From contig OZ241917.1 of NCBI GenBank assembly GCA_965203805.1, positions 3,392,001-3,456,000 on the forward strand: 64,000 bases of DNA, written 5' to 3'. The DNA is from Candidatus Latescibacterota bacterium (GTDB lineage Bacteria; Latescibacterota; UBA2968; GCA-2709665). Shown one piece after another: positions 1-9,957 of the stretch (position 1 is its first letter; every line of letters begins with the position of its first letter). Under the pieces are notes generated by a model. It was not told the DNA's origin. It ran no database searches and worked only from the letters and a program-made list of their open reading frames with translations. Made by a program: the position numbers and the translations under genes.

Positions 1-7
1 GCGAAGC

Positions 8-32
8 GGCAGACAGGAATGTCTGCCCCACC
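8..32. repeat. REP-like palindrome GGCAGACAGGAATGTCTGCCCCACC; second copy at 3531-3555
   Basis: Identical 25-mer at 8-32 and 3531-3555 with a GGCAGACA/TGTCTGCC hairpin. Confidence 0.7.
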
Positions 33-50
33 CTCACAGCGGATTCCTGA

Positions 51-2858
51 ATGCCCGGTCCACGAAATCTCATCGCAATCCTGAAGCGCCATATCGTGCC
101 GCCGGCTTCACGGTCGTTTCTCGTCGACCTGGGTCTCGCGGCCGGTTTTTTCTGCGCCTGGCTCGTCCTGTGCGGTTTTTCGCCCGTGGTCGCGGCAGCG
201 GCCGACGAGTTGCGCCTGGCCGTGAGGACCGGCCCATACCGCCTGCATTGGCCTCCCCTCGGACCGGCGGCCATTGGCGTTGCGGGCCTGGTCCTTGCGT
301 GGGTCCGACATCGCACGCCCTCTTTACGATTGGCCCTCCACGAACGCCTCCAACGCGCAACGTTACTGGCCGCCGCGCTGCTGGCCCTGCGCCTCCTCGC
401 CCTCTTTGATCCGCTCGTCTACGTATTCCCCTACTTGACCCTCCTCTGGTCCCCCCACGCGCTGTGGGCTATCGCGCTCGTCTTCCTCGGGTACGTACAT
501 CTGCCTCTCACGCGGGCATCCTGGTCCCCTCGAAAAACTCGTATCGCGGCGGGCGCCCTGTTGGCCGTGTGCCTGCCGATGTACGTACTCTACGCGCTCT
601 ACTTCTGCCAGGTCACGATGCTCCACAGCGACGAGGGCCAGTACCTGCGGGTGACGCAGAGCCTCGTTCACGACGGGGACATGGACTTGGCCAACAACCT
701 CGATATCGAACAGATCAAGGAATTCCACGTCACGAACTTCGGCGTCAACAAAGCCCCCGCGTCTCCCGAAGGCAAAGTCCATTCCACACATCCGATCGGC
801 CTTTCCATCGCCCTTGTGCCCGCGTACTGGTGGGGTCTGGAACAATGGGAGAACCCGCGCCTGGCTACGGCGCTGTTTATCGTATTGTTTGCCAGCATCT
901 GCGTCCCCCTGCTCTACATCTATCTGATACGGATTGGCGCCGAACCCTGGGCGGCGCTGGCGGCAACGTGCATGGTGGCCATTGTCGGGCCGTATTTTTA
1001 CTATTCCAACCAGACCTACCCGGAAATTCCGGCCATCGCCATCGTCCTGACCACCTTGATCGCCTTTTCTCACTGGCAGACCCCCGGTGGCCGGTACCGT
1101 TCCCTGGGACGATGGGAAAACCCACTGGTGGGACTGCTGACCTTGCTGCTTTGCGTTCTGCCCTTCTTGCATCCGCGCCTTGTTCCGTTGGGACTGTGCT
1201 GTGGCGCGCTCGTGCTTCTACAGGCCTGGCGAAGCCGAAGACGATGGTGCGCGTTCGCGGCAATCGGTCTTGTCGTCGCCGTCGGCCTTTACGCGCTCGT
1301 TGCATTCCATTTTGCTTTCAGCGAGGACTGGCTGGGGCCGCTCCGCCCCGGAAGCGGCGCATGGGACGAGGGCGCTCTCGATATAGGGATCTGGAAGATC
1401 TCCCTCCCCGGCCACTGGTTACACGTTGGCAGAGGCATTCTCAATACGTCACCCGTCTATTTCTTCGCCCTGTCCGGGCTGCTGACCCTGGGCAAATTGC
1501 GAGACCGGCGCGTGGCTATCGCCGTAGCGCTCTATGCGGCTACCGCCGGCATCAACGGCCTGCATGACAATTGGCTCTTCGGACACGACCTTCCCGGCCG
1601 CTTTATGATGACCGCCCTACCGGTGCTTGCCATCGGCCTGGCCTGGGGTCTTCCCCGGTTGATGAGAAGCGCGACGTCAAGTTTTTTCGTGGCGTTAGCC
1701 CTGGCGATCAGCCTTGAAAGCATTTTTCATACCTCCCTGCTTACCGAAGCCGGATATATGGGCGATAACCTGCTCGGACGGTCTATCAACCGCTTCTATC
1801 CGACTCATCTGCATTATTTCGGTCCGGAGCAGAAGGCACTGCCGTTTCTCGACCTTATCTTCTGGGCGGTTCTGGCGTCGGCGCTGTTTCTTCGCAGCCG
1901 TCACACGTGGCTGCGCGCGTCCGCCGTCGCCGTTGCAGCGTTCGCTCCGATTCTGTGGAGCAAGACCGACGTGCAGGCCGCACGCTTTCAAAGAAGCAGA
2001 TTGCCCTATATGCCCCTGCTCGCAGACGAAGTCAAGCCGTTACAGCTCAAATTCAAGGTCCCGTTAAAGCCCGTGGGCGAAAAGGCAGCGGATCCAAAGG
2101 GGGGCCTGCACGCCAGGCAGGGGCACACTCCCGCGGGAAGGGTCGGATACTCGCGAGTGACTTTGCCGATGCTGAACGTCCCGCACCGCGGCATCTGTCA
2201 GTTGAATTTTCATGGCCTGCGGGTCGAAGCGTCCGAAGGGGAGATTTCAGGCTATCTGACCCTTGCGCGCCGGTATACCGTTCCTGCTGTCTCCGGATGG
2301 AATACCAGATCCAATTATCCGCTCACCGGTGGGAAAGTGAAGGGAGACCAGTCCCTCACATTTGAAATCCACCGTCCCCAGATCTATAACATCCACGCCC
2401 TTTACACCGGAACGGGCGATCTGGCGCTCGGTGGCATTCGAGCCACGTTCTTCGCAACTCCCTACCCTCCAGAACCGAGAGTGTCGGAAATTCACCGCCA
2501 GTCGTACGAAACCCATGAGTACCCCATTCTCGCCGTCCGGCGGTTTCGAAACCTGCCCGAAGGGATTTACCGCGTACGTTTCAATCTCACGGGTTCTACG
2601 TTCGCCCGCTTGTTCGAGCGCAACCCCGAACCGATCCGGACTGCGGTCTATACCCTGCCGCCCCCCGCCCTCCCCCTGGTCCTGGGCGCGCATCCCCCCT
2701 GGTGGCTGTCAATCCCCTTCGCCGGCGACGAGGCCTCAGAGTTGCGCTTTATTCTGGACAAGACCCAGGACGTTCACGTGCTGCTCCAGTACGACGGTAA
2801 GTCCGACCTGGAGCTGACGGATATCGTACTGTATCGGGAGACCTACGGACACCGGTGA
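51..2858 (+). CDS. Polytopic membrane protein, GT-C-fold glycosyltransferase-like (ArnT/PMT-like) with C-terminal extracytoplasmic domain
   Basis: 935-aa ORF with many hydrophobic segments; HSDEGQY acidic motif after the first TM bundle, typical of GT-C enzymes; soluble C-terminal third. Confidence 0.65.
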   Translation: MPGPRNLIAILKRHIVPPASRSFLVDLGLAAGFFCAWLVLCGFSPVVAAAADELRLAVRTGPYRLHWPPLGPAAIGVAGLVLAWVRHRTPSLRLALHERLQRATLLAAALLALRLLALFDPLVYVFPYLTLLWSPHALWAIALVFLGYVHLPLTRASWSPRKTRIAAGALLAVCLPMYVLYALYFCQVTMLHSDEGQYLRVTQSLVHDGDMDLANNLDIEQIKEFHVTNFGVNKAPASPEGKVHSTHPIGLSIALVPAYWWGLEQWENPRLATALFIVLFASICVPLLYIYLIRIGAEPWAALAATCMVAIVGPYFYYSNQTYPEIPAIAIVLTTLIAFSHWQTPGGRYRSLGRWENPLVGLLTLLLCVLPFLHPRLVPLGLCCGALVLLQAWRSRRRWCAFAAIGLVVAVGLYALVAFHFAFSEDWLGPLRPGSGAWDEGALDIGIWKISLPGHWLHVGRGILNTSPVYFFALSGLLTLGKLRDRRVAIAVALYAATAGINGLHDNWLFGHDLPGRFMMTALPVLAIGLAWGLPRLMRSATSSFFVALALAISLESIFHTSLLTEAGYMGDNLLGRSINRFYPTHLHYFGPEQKALPFLDLIFWAVLASALFLRSRHTWLRASAVAVAAFAPILWSKTDVQAARFQRSRLPYMPLLADEVKPLQLKFKVPLKPVGEKAADPKGGLHARQGHTPAGRVGYSRVTLPMLNVPHRGICQLNFHGLRVEASEGEISGYLTLARRYTVPAVSGWNTRSNYPLTGGKVKGDQSLTFEIHRPQIYNIHALYTGTGDLALGGIRATFFATPYPPEPRVSEIHRQSYETHEYPILAVRRFRNLPEGIYRVRFNLTGSTFARLFERNPEPIRTAVYTLPPPALPLVLGAHPPWWLSIPFAGDEASELRFILDKTQDVHVLLQYDGKSDLELTDIVLYRETYGHR

Positions 2859-2920
2859 CGCGGCCGGGCGCAGAACGGCAATGCAGGCAGGCCCCACCCT
2901 CACAGACCCTAACAGCGGGT

Positions 2921-3425
2921 TCCTCTGGATGACAGGTTTGGCGAGGGCTCGACCGAAACACTTCGCTTATGACCATTGCAAACCATGTCATTCTGAGCGG
3001 AGCGAAGAATCTCCCGTCTTCAGGGCTTGACGTACAGCGAGAGCCTTCGCCAACCCGTATGCGCGGAGGCATGGTCTCCCTCGCGCCGCCTCAGCATGAC
3101 AGCGAGGGCGAAGACGTGCCGCCTGCCGGGTCACGGCGAATGACAGAACACGCTCAGACATCGAGCGATGCCGCAGTAGATCCTTCGTCAGCCTGCCTGC
3201 CGATGAACCGCTGGCAGGCACAGCGGCTTCCTCTGGATGACAGGTTTGGCGAGGGCTCGACCGAAACACTTTGCTTATGACCACTGCAAAACATGTCATT
3301 CTGAGCGGAGCGAAGAATCTCCCGTCTTCTCGACTTGACGTACAGCGAGAGCGTTTGCCGACCCGTATGCGCGGAGGCATGGTCTCCCTCGCGCCGCCTC
3401 AGGATGACAGCGAGGGCGAAGGCGT
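2921..3425. repeat. Two ~197-bp direct repeats (2921-3117 and 3229-3425) containing REP-like GTCATTCTGAGCGGAGCGAAGAATCT...CTCAG(C/G)ATGAC elements
   Basis: Near-identical units offset by 308 bp; a third partial start (TTCCTCTGGATGACAG) near 3567. Confidence 0.8.
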
Positions 3426-3612
3426 GACGGAACCATTTCGCCGTTCAATGACGTTTATTGAACATTTCCATACGTGGTCATTGAGCTTGTCGAAATGCCC
3501 GTATTCAGGAAGCCCAATTCACGCGAGGCAGGCAGACAGGAATGTCTGCCCCACCATCACAGCGGGTTCCTCTGGATGACAGTTCGGGCGAACGTCCGGA
3601 ACAGATAATTCA

Positions 3613-3642
3613 TTGACAAGAGAGCATGTGACGGGGTATTAT
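3613..3642 (+). promoter_or_regulatory. sigma70-like promoter upstream of the nuclease/helicase pair
   Basis: TTGACA-18 nt-TATTAT. Confidence 0.5.
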
Positions 3643-3688
3643 TCGCAGACGCAAAGTTCAGCCGGCCCGCGGAGACGAGAGAGCGGTT

Positions 3689-6394
3689 ATGCCTGCAATG
3701 AAACCTGACGTGAAGCCGCATGCAAAATTGCGAAGGACCGTGGTGGTGGAAGGCCGGTACGCGCGGCGATGGCATCAGACGCAAGCGGCCATTGAAGGTA
3801 AGCAGGGACTGCTGGTCATTTCCATGGAGGAGCTTGCGGCCCGTCTCGCCGGTGGATTCCTCCGGTCCATCCGGCCCGACTCCCTCAAGGCCGGTGTAAA
3901 GAAAGCCACGGCCGCGGGGTCGCTGGGCGCGCTGGACGCCATCAAGGACCTGCCCGGGTTCCAGCGCGCCGCCGTGGCCAGCCTGTCCAAAGTCTGGCGG
4001 GCCGGTCTCGCGCTGGATGGGAGCGGCGCGCCCGCGGCCGGTTCCCTGAAGATCCTTGAACGGGAAGTGCGTTCCAGGCTGCCGAAGAACCAATTGCCGG
4101 CCGGCGAGCTGGCGAATGCCGCGTTGGAGCGCGCGCACTACGCCCCCATCCTGTTCGGCCGTATCGAGATTCATGGGCGCACCGAATTGTCGCCCGTGTG
4201 GCGAAAACTCCTGTTACGGCTCAGCCGGGAGACGGACGTGGTCTGGGAGGCGGGCGCCAGGACGACGCCGGACTGGCTGGCAGGATCGGATGTATCGGTG
4301 ACATGCTCACCGCCGTCGGAACCCTGTCTCCGCGCGGTGTCGTGCGCCACCCCCCGTCACGAAATCCAGGAAGCCCTGCGGTGGGCCCGGAAGCATCTCA
4401 CGGAGGGAGTCCCCGCCCACGAAATCGCGATTGCCGCGGCGTCTCCAACGACGTGGGACGATCACATGGCGGCCCTGGCCGAGGCCGCGGACCTGCCGGT
4501 CCACTTCATCCACGGCCGAACCGTGCTGGGCAGGCCGGAGGGCCAGCTTGCCGCGGCGCTCGCGGAAATCCTCCTGCGCGGATTGTCACGGAGTCGTATG
4601 GTCCGGCTCGTGAGACTGCTCCGCCTCTGCGTCGAGGCCTTCCAGCCCTTGCCGAAAGACTGGCGGGAAGTCCTTCCGGACGATGCCCCTCTACTGTCCG
4701 CCGACCGATGGGACAACGTGTTGAACGCCCTGGCGCCCGGGGACTTCTCCGACGGAAGGGATCATCGGCCGCTTCTGAGGCGTATCATCACGACTCTAAG
4801 ACTGGGTCTGGATCGGGCGCCTGAGATCGGCGAAGCCCTCTTCGAGGAATCGAGTGCGCTGGAGATCTGGGAAAAGGCCCTGGAGGACGGACCTCCGGCC
4901 GCCCTGGACGTGACGCTTGCAGGCCTCCGCGTTCACGACGACGAGGAACCGGGCGGGGCCATCGTCTGGGGGCCGGCATCGGCCATCGCCGCGGCGCCTC
5001 GCCCGTTCACCTGGCTGGTGGGCCTGACGTCGCGCTCCTGGCCCAGACGCGCCAGCGAAGACCCGTTGCTCCCCAATCACGTCATACCGCAGAAACGCCT
5101 GGACCCGTTGCCTATCCACGAATCCGACCGCCGGGACTTCCATTCCATCCGCAGCATGACGGACCGGCAGGTCGTCTGTTCACGGGCGCGGCGCGACAGC
5201 GAGGGACGGCTCAACGGCGTTTCGCCGCTGTATCCTCAGGACGTCGCCGAGAAACGTCTCGGGCAGAGCCGGGTTCCCGAACATGCCGCAAGCTGCAGCG
5301 ATCGTTTGATGGCCAGGCCCGGCGACTTCGCCGCGCTGCCGCTGGCGCGGTCCGCCACCCGGGCCTGGATCGACTGGCGGAGCGAGAACCTCACCGCCCA
5401 CGACGGTCTGATCAGACCGGGCCATCCCGTTCTGCTCAGGGCCCTGTACCGCACGCAGTCCGCCAGTTCGCTGGTCAGGCTGCTTTGCGATCCCCTCGGA
5501 TATCTGTGGACCTATGGGTTCCGGTGGAAGGCCGCCTCGGAAACGGAAGAGCCCATGACGCTGGACGCGCTGGCGTTCGGCAAGTTGCTGCACGAGATCC
5601 TTCAGGAGGCGGTTACCCGAATGGAGGACACCGGATCCGGAGGGATCGCGGGCGCATCCAGGGACAGGATTATACAAGCTGTAGAGAAGGCGGCATTCTC
5701 GGTCGCGCAACGATGGAGCGCCGTGCGCCCGGTGCCGCCGCCCGTCATCTGGCAGAGAAAGTGTGACGAGGCGCGGGAACTGGCCGTAACCGCATTGACG
5801 CGGGACGAAACCCCGCTGCCCGGGCAGCGCACCTGGTCCGAAATTCCGTTCGGCAGCGTTCGCGAGGATGATTCCCCTGAAGCCGCGCGTACCGGTCTGC
5901 CCTGGGACCCGTCCGCGCCGGTTTACATTGACGGTACGCAGATTCGTATCAGGGGTTTCATCGACCGGCTCGATCTGTCGGCGGACGGAGGCCTGGCGCG
6001 CGTTACGGACTACAAATCGGGACGGGCGCCCGGCAAACCGATCCAGATGAACGGCGGCGCGGAATTGCAGCGGTGCCTCTACGGCTTTGCCGTGCAGTCG
6101 CTCATCGAGACGCGGCCGGACGTGGAAGCGCGCCTGGTCTATCCGCGCGGCGGCGGCCAGGCGATGGTCCTCGACGACACGCAGGAAAAACTCAGGGAAC
6201 TCGCGGCGTTTCTTAAAGCGGCCGCCACCCATTTTGTCGAAGGAAAGACGTTATCGGGTCCGGCCGCGGAAGCGCGGTGGTACGACCTTTCCTTCGCGCT
6301 TCCCGCGGGCGCGAAGGAGAGCTATCTGGATACCAAACGACCGTCGGGCGGGCGGGCGCTGGCCCCGCTGCCGATTCTGTGGGAGGCGCCCTGA
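3689..6394 (+). CDS. AddB-like protein with C-terminal PD-(D/E)XK (RecB-type) nuclease
   Basis: GKLLHEIL, IRGFIDRLD, VTDYKSG, ELQRCLY motifs; degenerate helicase-like N-terminus; no Fe-S cysteines at C-terminus. Confidence 0.8.
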   Translation: MPAMKPDVKPHAKLRRTVVVEGRYARRWHQTQAAIEGKQGLLVISMEELAARLAGGFLRSIRPDSLKAGVKKATAAGSLGALDAIKDLPGFQRAAVASLSKVWRAGLALDGSGAPAAGSLKILEREVRSRLPKNQLPAGELANAALERAHYAPILFGRIEIHGRTELSPVWRKLLLRLSRETDVVWEAGARTTPDWLAGSDVSVTCSPPSEPCLRAVSCATPRHEIQEALRWARKHLTEGVPAHEIAIAAASPTTWDDHMAALAEAADLPVHFIHGRTVLGRPEGQLAAALAEILLRGLSRSRMVRLVRLLRLCVEAFQPLPKDWREVLPDDAPLLSADRWDNVLNALAPGDFSDGRDHRPLLRRIITTLRLGLDRAPEIGEALFEESSALEIWEKALEDGPPAALDVTLAGLRVHDDEEPGGAIVWGPASAIAAAPRPFTWLVGLTSRSWPRRASEDPLLPNHVIPQKRLDPLPIHESDRRDFHSIRSMTDRQVVCSRARRDSEGRLNGVSPLYPQDVAEKRLGQSRVPEHAASCSDRLMARPGDFAALPLARSATRAWIDWRSENLTAHDGLIRPGHPVLLRALYRTQSASSLVRLLCDPLGYLWTYGFRWKAASETEEPMTLDALAFGKLLHEILQEAVTRMEDTGSGGIAGASRDRIIQAVEKAAFSVAQRWSAVRPVPPPVIWQRKCDEARELAVTALTRDETPLPGQRTWSEIPFGSVREDDSPEAARTGLPWDPSAPVYIDGTQIRIRGFIDRLDLSADGGLARVTDYKSGRAPGKPIQMNGGAELQRCLYGFAVQSLIETRPDVEARLVYPRGGGQAMVLDDTQEKLRELAAFLKAAATHFVEGKTLSGPAAEARWYDLSFALPAGAKESYLDTKRPSGGRALAPLPILWEAP

Positions 6395-6395
6395 A

Positions 6396-9300
6396 ATGCG
6401 GTGTGAGAAGCAACAGGCGGCGCCTGCCGACGTGGATGCGCGCATCCAGGCGCTGACCCACCACCACCGAACCCTGCTCGTCGAGGCGGGCGCCGGCAGC
6501 GGCAAGACGGCGCTCATGGCCGGTCGGGCGGCGCTGCTCGTGGCCGGAGGCGTCGCGCCGAAACGCATCGCCGCCATCACCTTTACAGAAGCGGCCGCCG
6601 CCGAGCTCCTGGAACGAATCGAACGCATCGTGAAGGACCTGTTGTCCGGCAAAGAGCTCCCCGAACTCGAACCGGCCCTGCCGGAGGGACTGCGCGAGTC
6701 CCAACGCGCCAACCTGAAAGAAGGCGCCGATTCGCTCGACGAATTGACCTGCACCACCATCCACGGCTTCTGCCAGAAACTGATCGCGCCGTACCCGGTG
6801 GAGTCGGGCCGGGACCCGGGCGCAACCATCCTGGATCCCGGCGCGGCGGACCTCGTCTTCGAGGACCTCGTGAACGCCTGGCTCTCGGCGCGGTTCGGAC
6901 GGGACCCCCGCCGGGACGGCCTGGGACGCACGCCGCCTGTAACGCCCGCGAGCCCGGACGGCGAGGACCTCTTCGCCGCCATGATGCTGAAGTCGCCGGA
7001 CGAAACCCTGAAGCTGATCGGGGAAACCGCGCATTTTCTCAAGGAGCACCGGACGGCCGGGGCGGCCGTTTCAAACGTCGATCGGGAAGCCCACGGGCGG
7101 TTCGTGAGCGCCGTCCGCGATTTCGCCCGGTGGTATCGCGAGTCCGGCATCGAAGAGCCCGGCACCGCTGCAATCGTCGACGATCTCCTGGCCGTTGCGG
7201 AAGCGCTGGGCGAATCCCGCGCCCGTACCGTGTCCGGTGAACGCCTCACCCGTCTGCTGCACCATCGACGGCCGGCGGCCTGCAAGAAGAACGAGACGAA
7301 ATTCAGACGGTGGCGGGCCCTTGGGAAATGGAAGACGGCGGCGAAGACCGCCGGGTTGAGCGCGTCGCTTGGAGGACAACGTTTCGAAAGCGGACTCGGC
7401 CTGTACGACGCGTGCGGCGAGGCGTACGTCGCATTTTGCAACAGTCTCGGCAGTATCGCGTTCGAGCGCTTCGTTGCCGAATTCGACGAGATCAGGAAGC
7501 TGTACCGGAACTTCAAGCGCGACGCAGCCCTGCTCGACTTCGACGATCTGCTGTACCAGGCGCGGGACCTCCTCCGGGACCATGAACCGGTCCGCGCGGC
7601 GCTTGCCGCGCGTTATTCCCACGTTCTGGTCGACGAATTTCAGGACACGGACCCGCTGCAGGCCGAAATCATCTGGCGACTGGGCCGCGAGGGGCCTCCG
7701 CGGGAACCCTGGCAGGACGGTCCCATTCGTCCGGGCGCGCTGTTTCTGGTTGGAGATCCCAAACAGGCCATTTACAGGTTCCGCGGCGCGGACGTACAGA
7801 CCTACCTTGCGGCGAGGCGCGCGCTGTCGACGAGGGATCCCGCCTCGATCCTGAGAATCACGGCCAACTTCCGGTCGCGGGCGCCCATTCTGGACTACGT
7901 CAACACCCACTTCGAGGGCCTGTTGCGATCGTCGGAGGGGCAGCCCGGCTTCACGCCGCTGTCCGCAACGCGCGAGGCCGGCGACGACGCGGCTGTCGCT
8001 GCCTTCGATATTGAACCCGGTGAGGGCCAAAGTACCGGGAATCAACGAGTGTCCGCCCATCGAGTACGCGAACTGGAAGCCGGCGTCGTCGCGGACGTGG
8101 TCGAGAGTTTGATCGGCGCCTTTCCCGTCTTCGACAACGAAGCGGGCGGGTCGAGAACCGCGCGGCCGATAGATATCGCGCTGTTGGCCCCCACGGGTGC
8201 GAGCCTCTGGATCTACGAGCGCGCCCTCGAGGAACGCGGCATTCCCATCGCCACGCAGGCAGGCAAGGGGTTCTTCCGGCGGCAGGAAGTCCAGGACCTG
8301 ATCGCGGTTGCCAGGGCTATCTCGGACGCCAGGGACACGCTGGCGTTCGGCGCGTTGATCCGGGGACCCCTGGTGGGTCTTTCCGACGAGCAGATTGCCG
8401 ACGAAATCCACACGCTGCGCGTCGAATCGGAACGCGCCGTCCATCTGGACGTCAGAACCGATCCATCGACTGTCAGGAGCCCGGTCCTGCGGGACACGCT
8501 GGAGGTCCTGCAGCGCCTGCGCGAGAAACGCCACCGAGCGACGCCCTATCAGATCCTCGCGGAGGCGATCGAGGCGCTTCACGTGCGCCCGATTCTAGGG
8601 GCGCGCCACCGGGGGGGCGCCGAGCGGGCGCTGGCCAACGTCGAACTGACCCTGGAGATGTCGCGGCACTACGCCGGGAGAGGCATCGAAGACTTTGCGC
8701 GGGCGCTCTGGCAGAGGTGGGAAGACGAGGAAGCCCAGGTGGAAGGCCGTCACGACGCCGCGACCGATGCCGTTTCGATCATCACCATGCATTCGGCCAA
8801 GGGCCTGGAATGGCCCATCGTCATTCCGATCAATTCAGCTACCGGCCGCCAACACCCTGAAAAATTCCTGTACCGGCGGCGGGACGACAGCGTACACTTC
8901 AAGATCTTCGGCTACGCCGGCAGCGAGCATGCGGAGGCCAGGCTCGAGGAGCTGGAGGAGCAGGACCGGGAACGCGTGCGGCTGTGGTACGTTGCCCTGA
9001 CCCGGGCGCGGGACCTGCTGCTGCTGCCCAGGCAGCGCGAGCGCAGCCGGTCGGACTGGTGGAGCCTGATCGATATCGACGTGGATTCCCTCCCGGCGTT
9101 CGATACCGGGCGTTACACCGGCTCTGACGTGACTCCCGACGACCCTGAATCCAACCTTCAGGACGGGGCAACGTGGGAACGGGAGCGTGAGGCCATCGCT
9201 GCGCACAGGCGCACGATATCCTGGCACAGGCCCAGCCGGCCTGAGGACACGGGTGCGCGGGAGGATGAACCGGCGACCGTGTCTTCCGGCCACGAATCTG

Positions 9301-9836
9301 TCGACGAGACCACTGACGAATGGGATGGCTGGAGTAACGGACGGGAACGGCTGAAACGCGGCCTGATCCTGCACAAGCTGATGGAGGAAGTGCTCACCGG
9401 TGAAACGCCTGAAGAGGAATGCGCGTTACGGGGCCGCGCCGCGGAACTCATCGACCAGCAGGACCTCGACGACGCCGCGGACCCGTCGTCCGATATTTCG
9501 AGCGTCCGGATGGCGGCCATGGTCGTCCGGACCCTGAATCGCCCGGAGATCGCGTCCCTTCGGCCGAGCCTCGTGCCCGAATGCTGGGTCTACGGCCGCA
9601 CGGTCAACGGGAAGGAGATTTCAATCACGGCGGGCATCGCCGATGCCGTTGCCGTTGACGAGGAAGGCCGCATCGAAGTGGTGGTGGACTGGAAGAGCGA
9701 CACATTTGTCCGGGAGAACCAGGTCTTGCTGTACCGTGAACAGGTCCGGGATTATCTGAAGGCCACCGGCGCGAAAACCGGGCTTATCGTGTTCCTCAAT
9801 TCGGACCGCATCGAGACGGTTGTGCGGGAAAACTGA
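6396..9836 (+). CDS. AddA/RecB-like UvrD superfamily helicase-nuclease
   Basis: AGAGSGKT, TIHGFC, VDEFQD, VGDPKQAIYRFRGA, TMHSAKGLEW, YVALTRA and C-terminal GIADAV...VDWKSD...QVRDY nuclease; ATG at 6396 is 1 nt after the upstream stop. Confidence 0.9.
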   Translation: MRCEKQQAAPADVDARIQALTHHHRTLLVEAGAGSGKTALMAGRAALLVAGGVAPKRIAAITFTEAAAAELLERIERIVKDLLSGKELPELEPALPEGLRESQRANLKEGADSLDELTCTTIHGFCQKLIAPYPVESGRDPGATILDPGAADLVFEDLVNAWLSARFGRDPRRDGLGRTPPVTPASPDGEDLFAAMMLKSPDETLKLIGETAHFLKEHRTAGAAVSNVDREAHGRFVSAVRDFARWYRESGIEEPGTAAIVDDLLAVAEALGESRARTVSGERLTRLLHHRRPAACKKNETKFRRWRALGKWKTAAKTAGLSASLGGQRFESGLGLYDACGEAYVAFCNSLGSIAFERFVAEFDEIRKLYRNFKRDAALLDFDDLLYQARDLLRDHEPVRAALAARYSHVLVDEFQDTDPLQAEIIWRLGREGPPREPWQDGPIRPGALFLVGDPKQAIYRFRGADVQTYLAARRALSTRDPASILRITANFRSRAPILDYVNTHFEGLLRSSEGQPGFTPLSATREAGDDAAVAAFDIEPGEGQSTGNQRVSAHRVRELEAGVVADVVESLIGAFPVFDNEAGGSRTARPIDIALLAPTGASLWIYERALEERGIPIATQAGKGFFRRQEVQDLIAVARAISDARDTLAFGALIRGPLVGLSDEQIADEIHTLRVESERAVHLDVRTDPSTVRSPVLRDTLEVLQRLREKRHRATPYQILAEAIEALHVRPILGARHRGGAERALANVELTLEMSRHYAGRGIEDFARALWQRWEDEEAQVEGRHDAATDAVSIITMHSAKGLEWPIVIPINSATGRQHPEKFLYRRRDDSVHFKIFGYAGSEHAEARLEELEEQDRERVRLWYVALTRARDLLLLPRQRERSRSDWWSLIDIDVDSLPAFDTGRYTGSDVTPDDPESNLQDGATWEREREAIAAHRRTISWHRPSRPEDTGAREDEPATVSSGHESVDETTDEWDGWSNGRERLKRGLILHKLMEEVLTGETPEEECALRGRAAELIDQQDLDDAADPSSDISSVRMAAMVVRTLNRPEIASLRPSLVPECWVYGRTVNGKEISITAGIADAVAVDEEGRIEVVVDWKSDTFVRENQVLLYREQVRDYLKATGAKTGLIVFLNSDRIETVVREN

Positions 9837-9957
9837 ATCGTGGGTCCATTCGTACGCTCCGTAATGTCGTGAAGGTGTCGGAGCGGAACGGTAGAGAAGG
9901 GGTTCCCAGGCGTTTCTCCATCAGTAATTGTTGTTATCCATCCCGTTGAGAAACCAC

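Noticed and set aside
2969-3579. ORFs with VILSGAKNL motifs, and ORFs within the 47-61 kb repeat blocks
   Set aside because: They are translations of palindromic repeats with no RBS or coding signature
6087-6395. Longer 1249-aa start for the helicase
   Set aside because: It overlaps the upstream gene by 308 nt with Arg-rich non-protein-like sequence; ATG 6396 is coupled to the upstream stop
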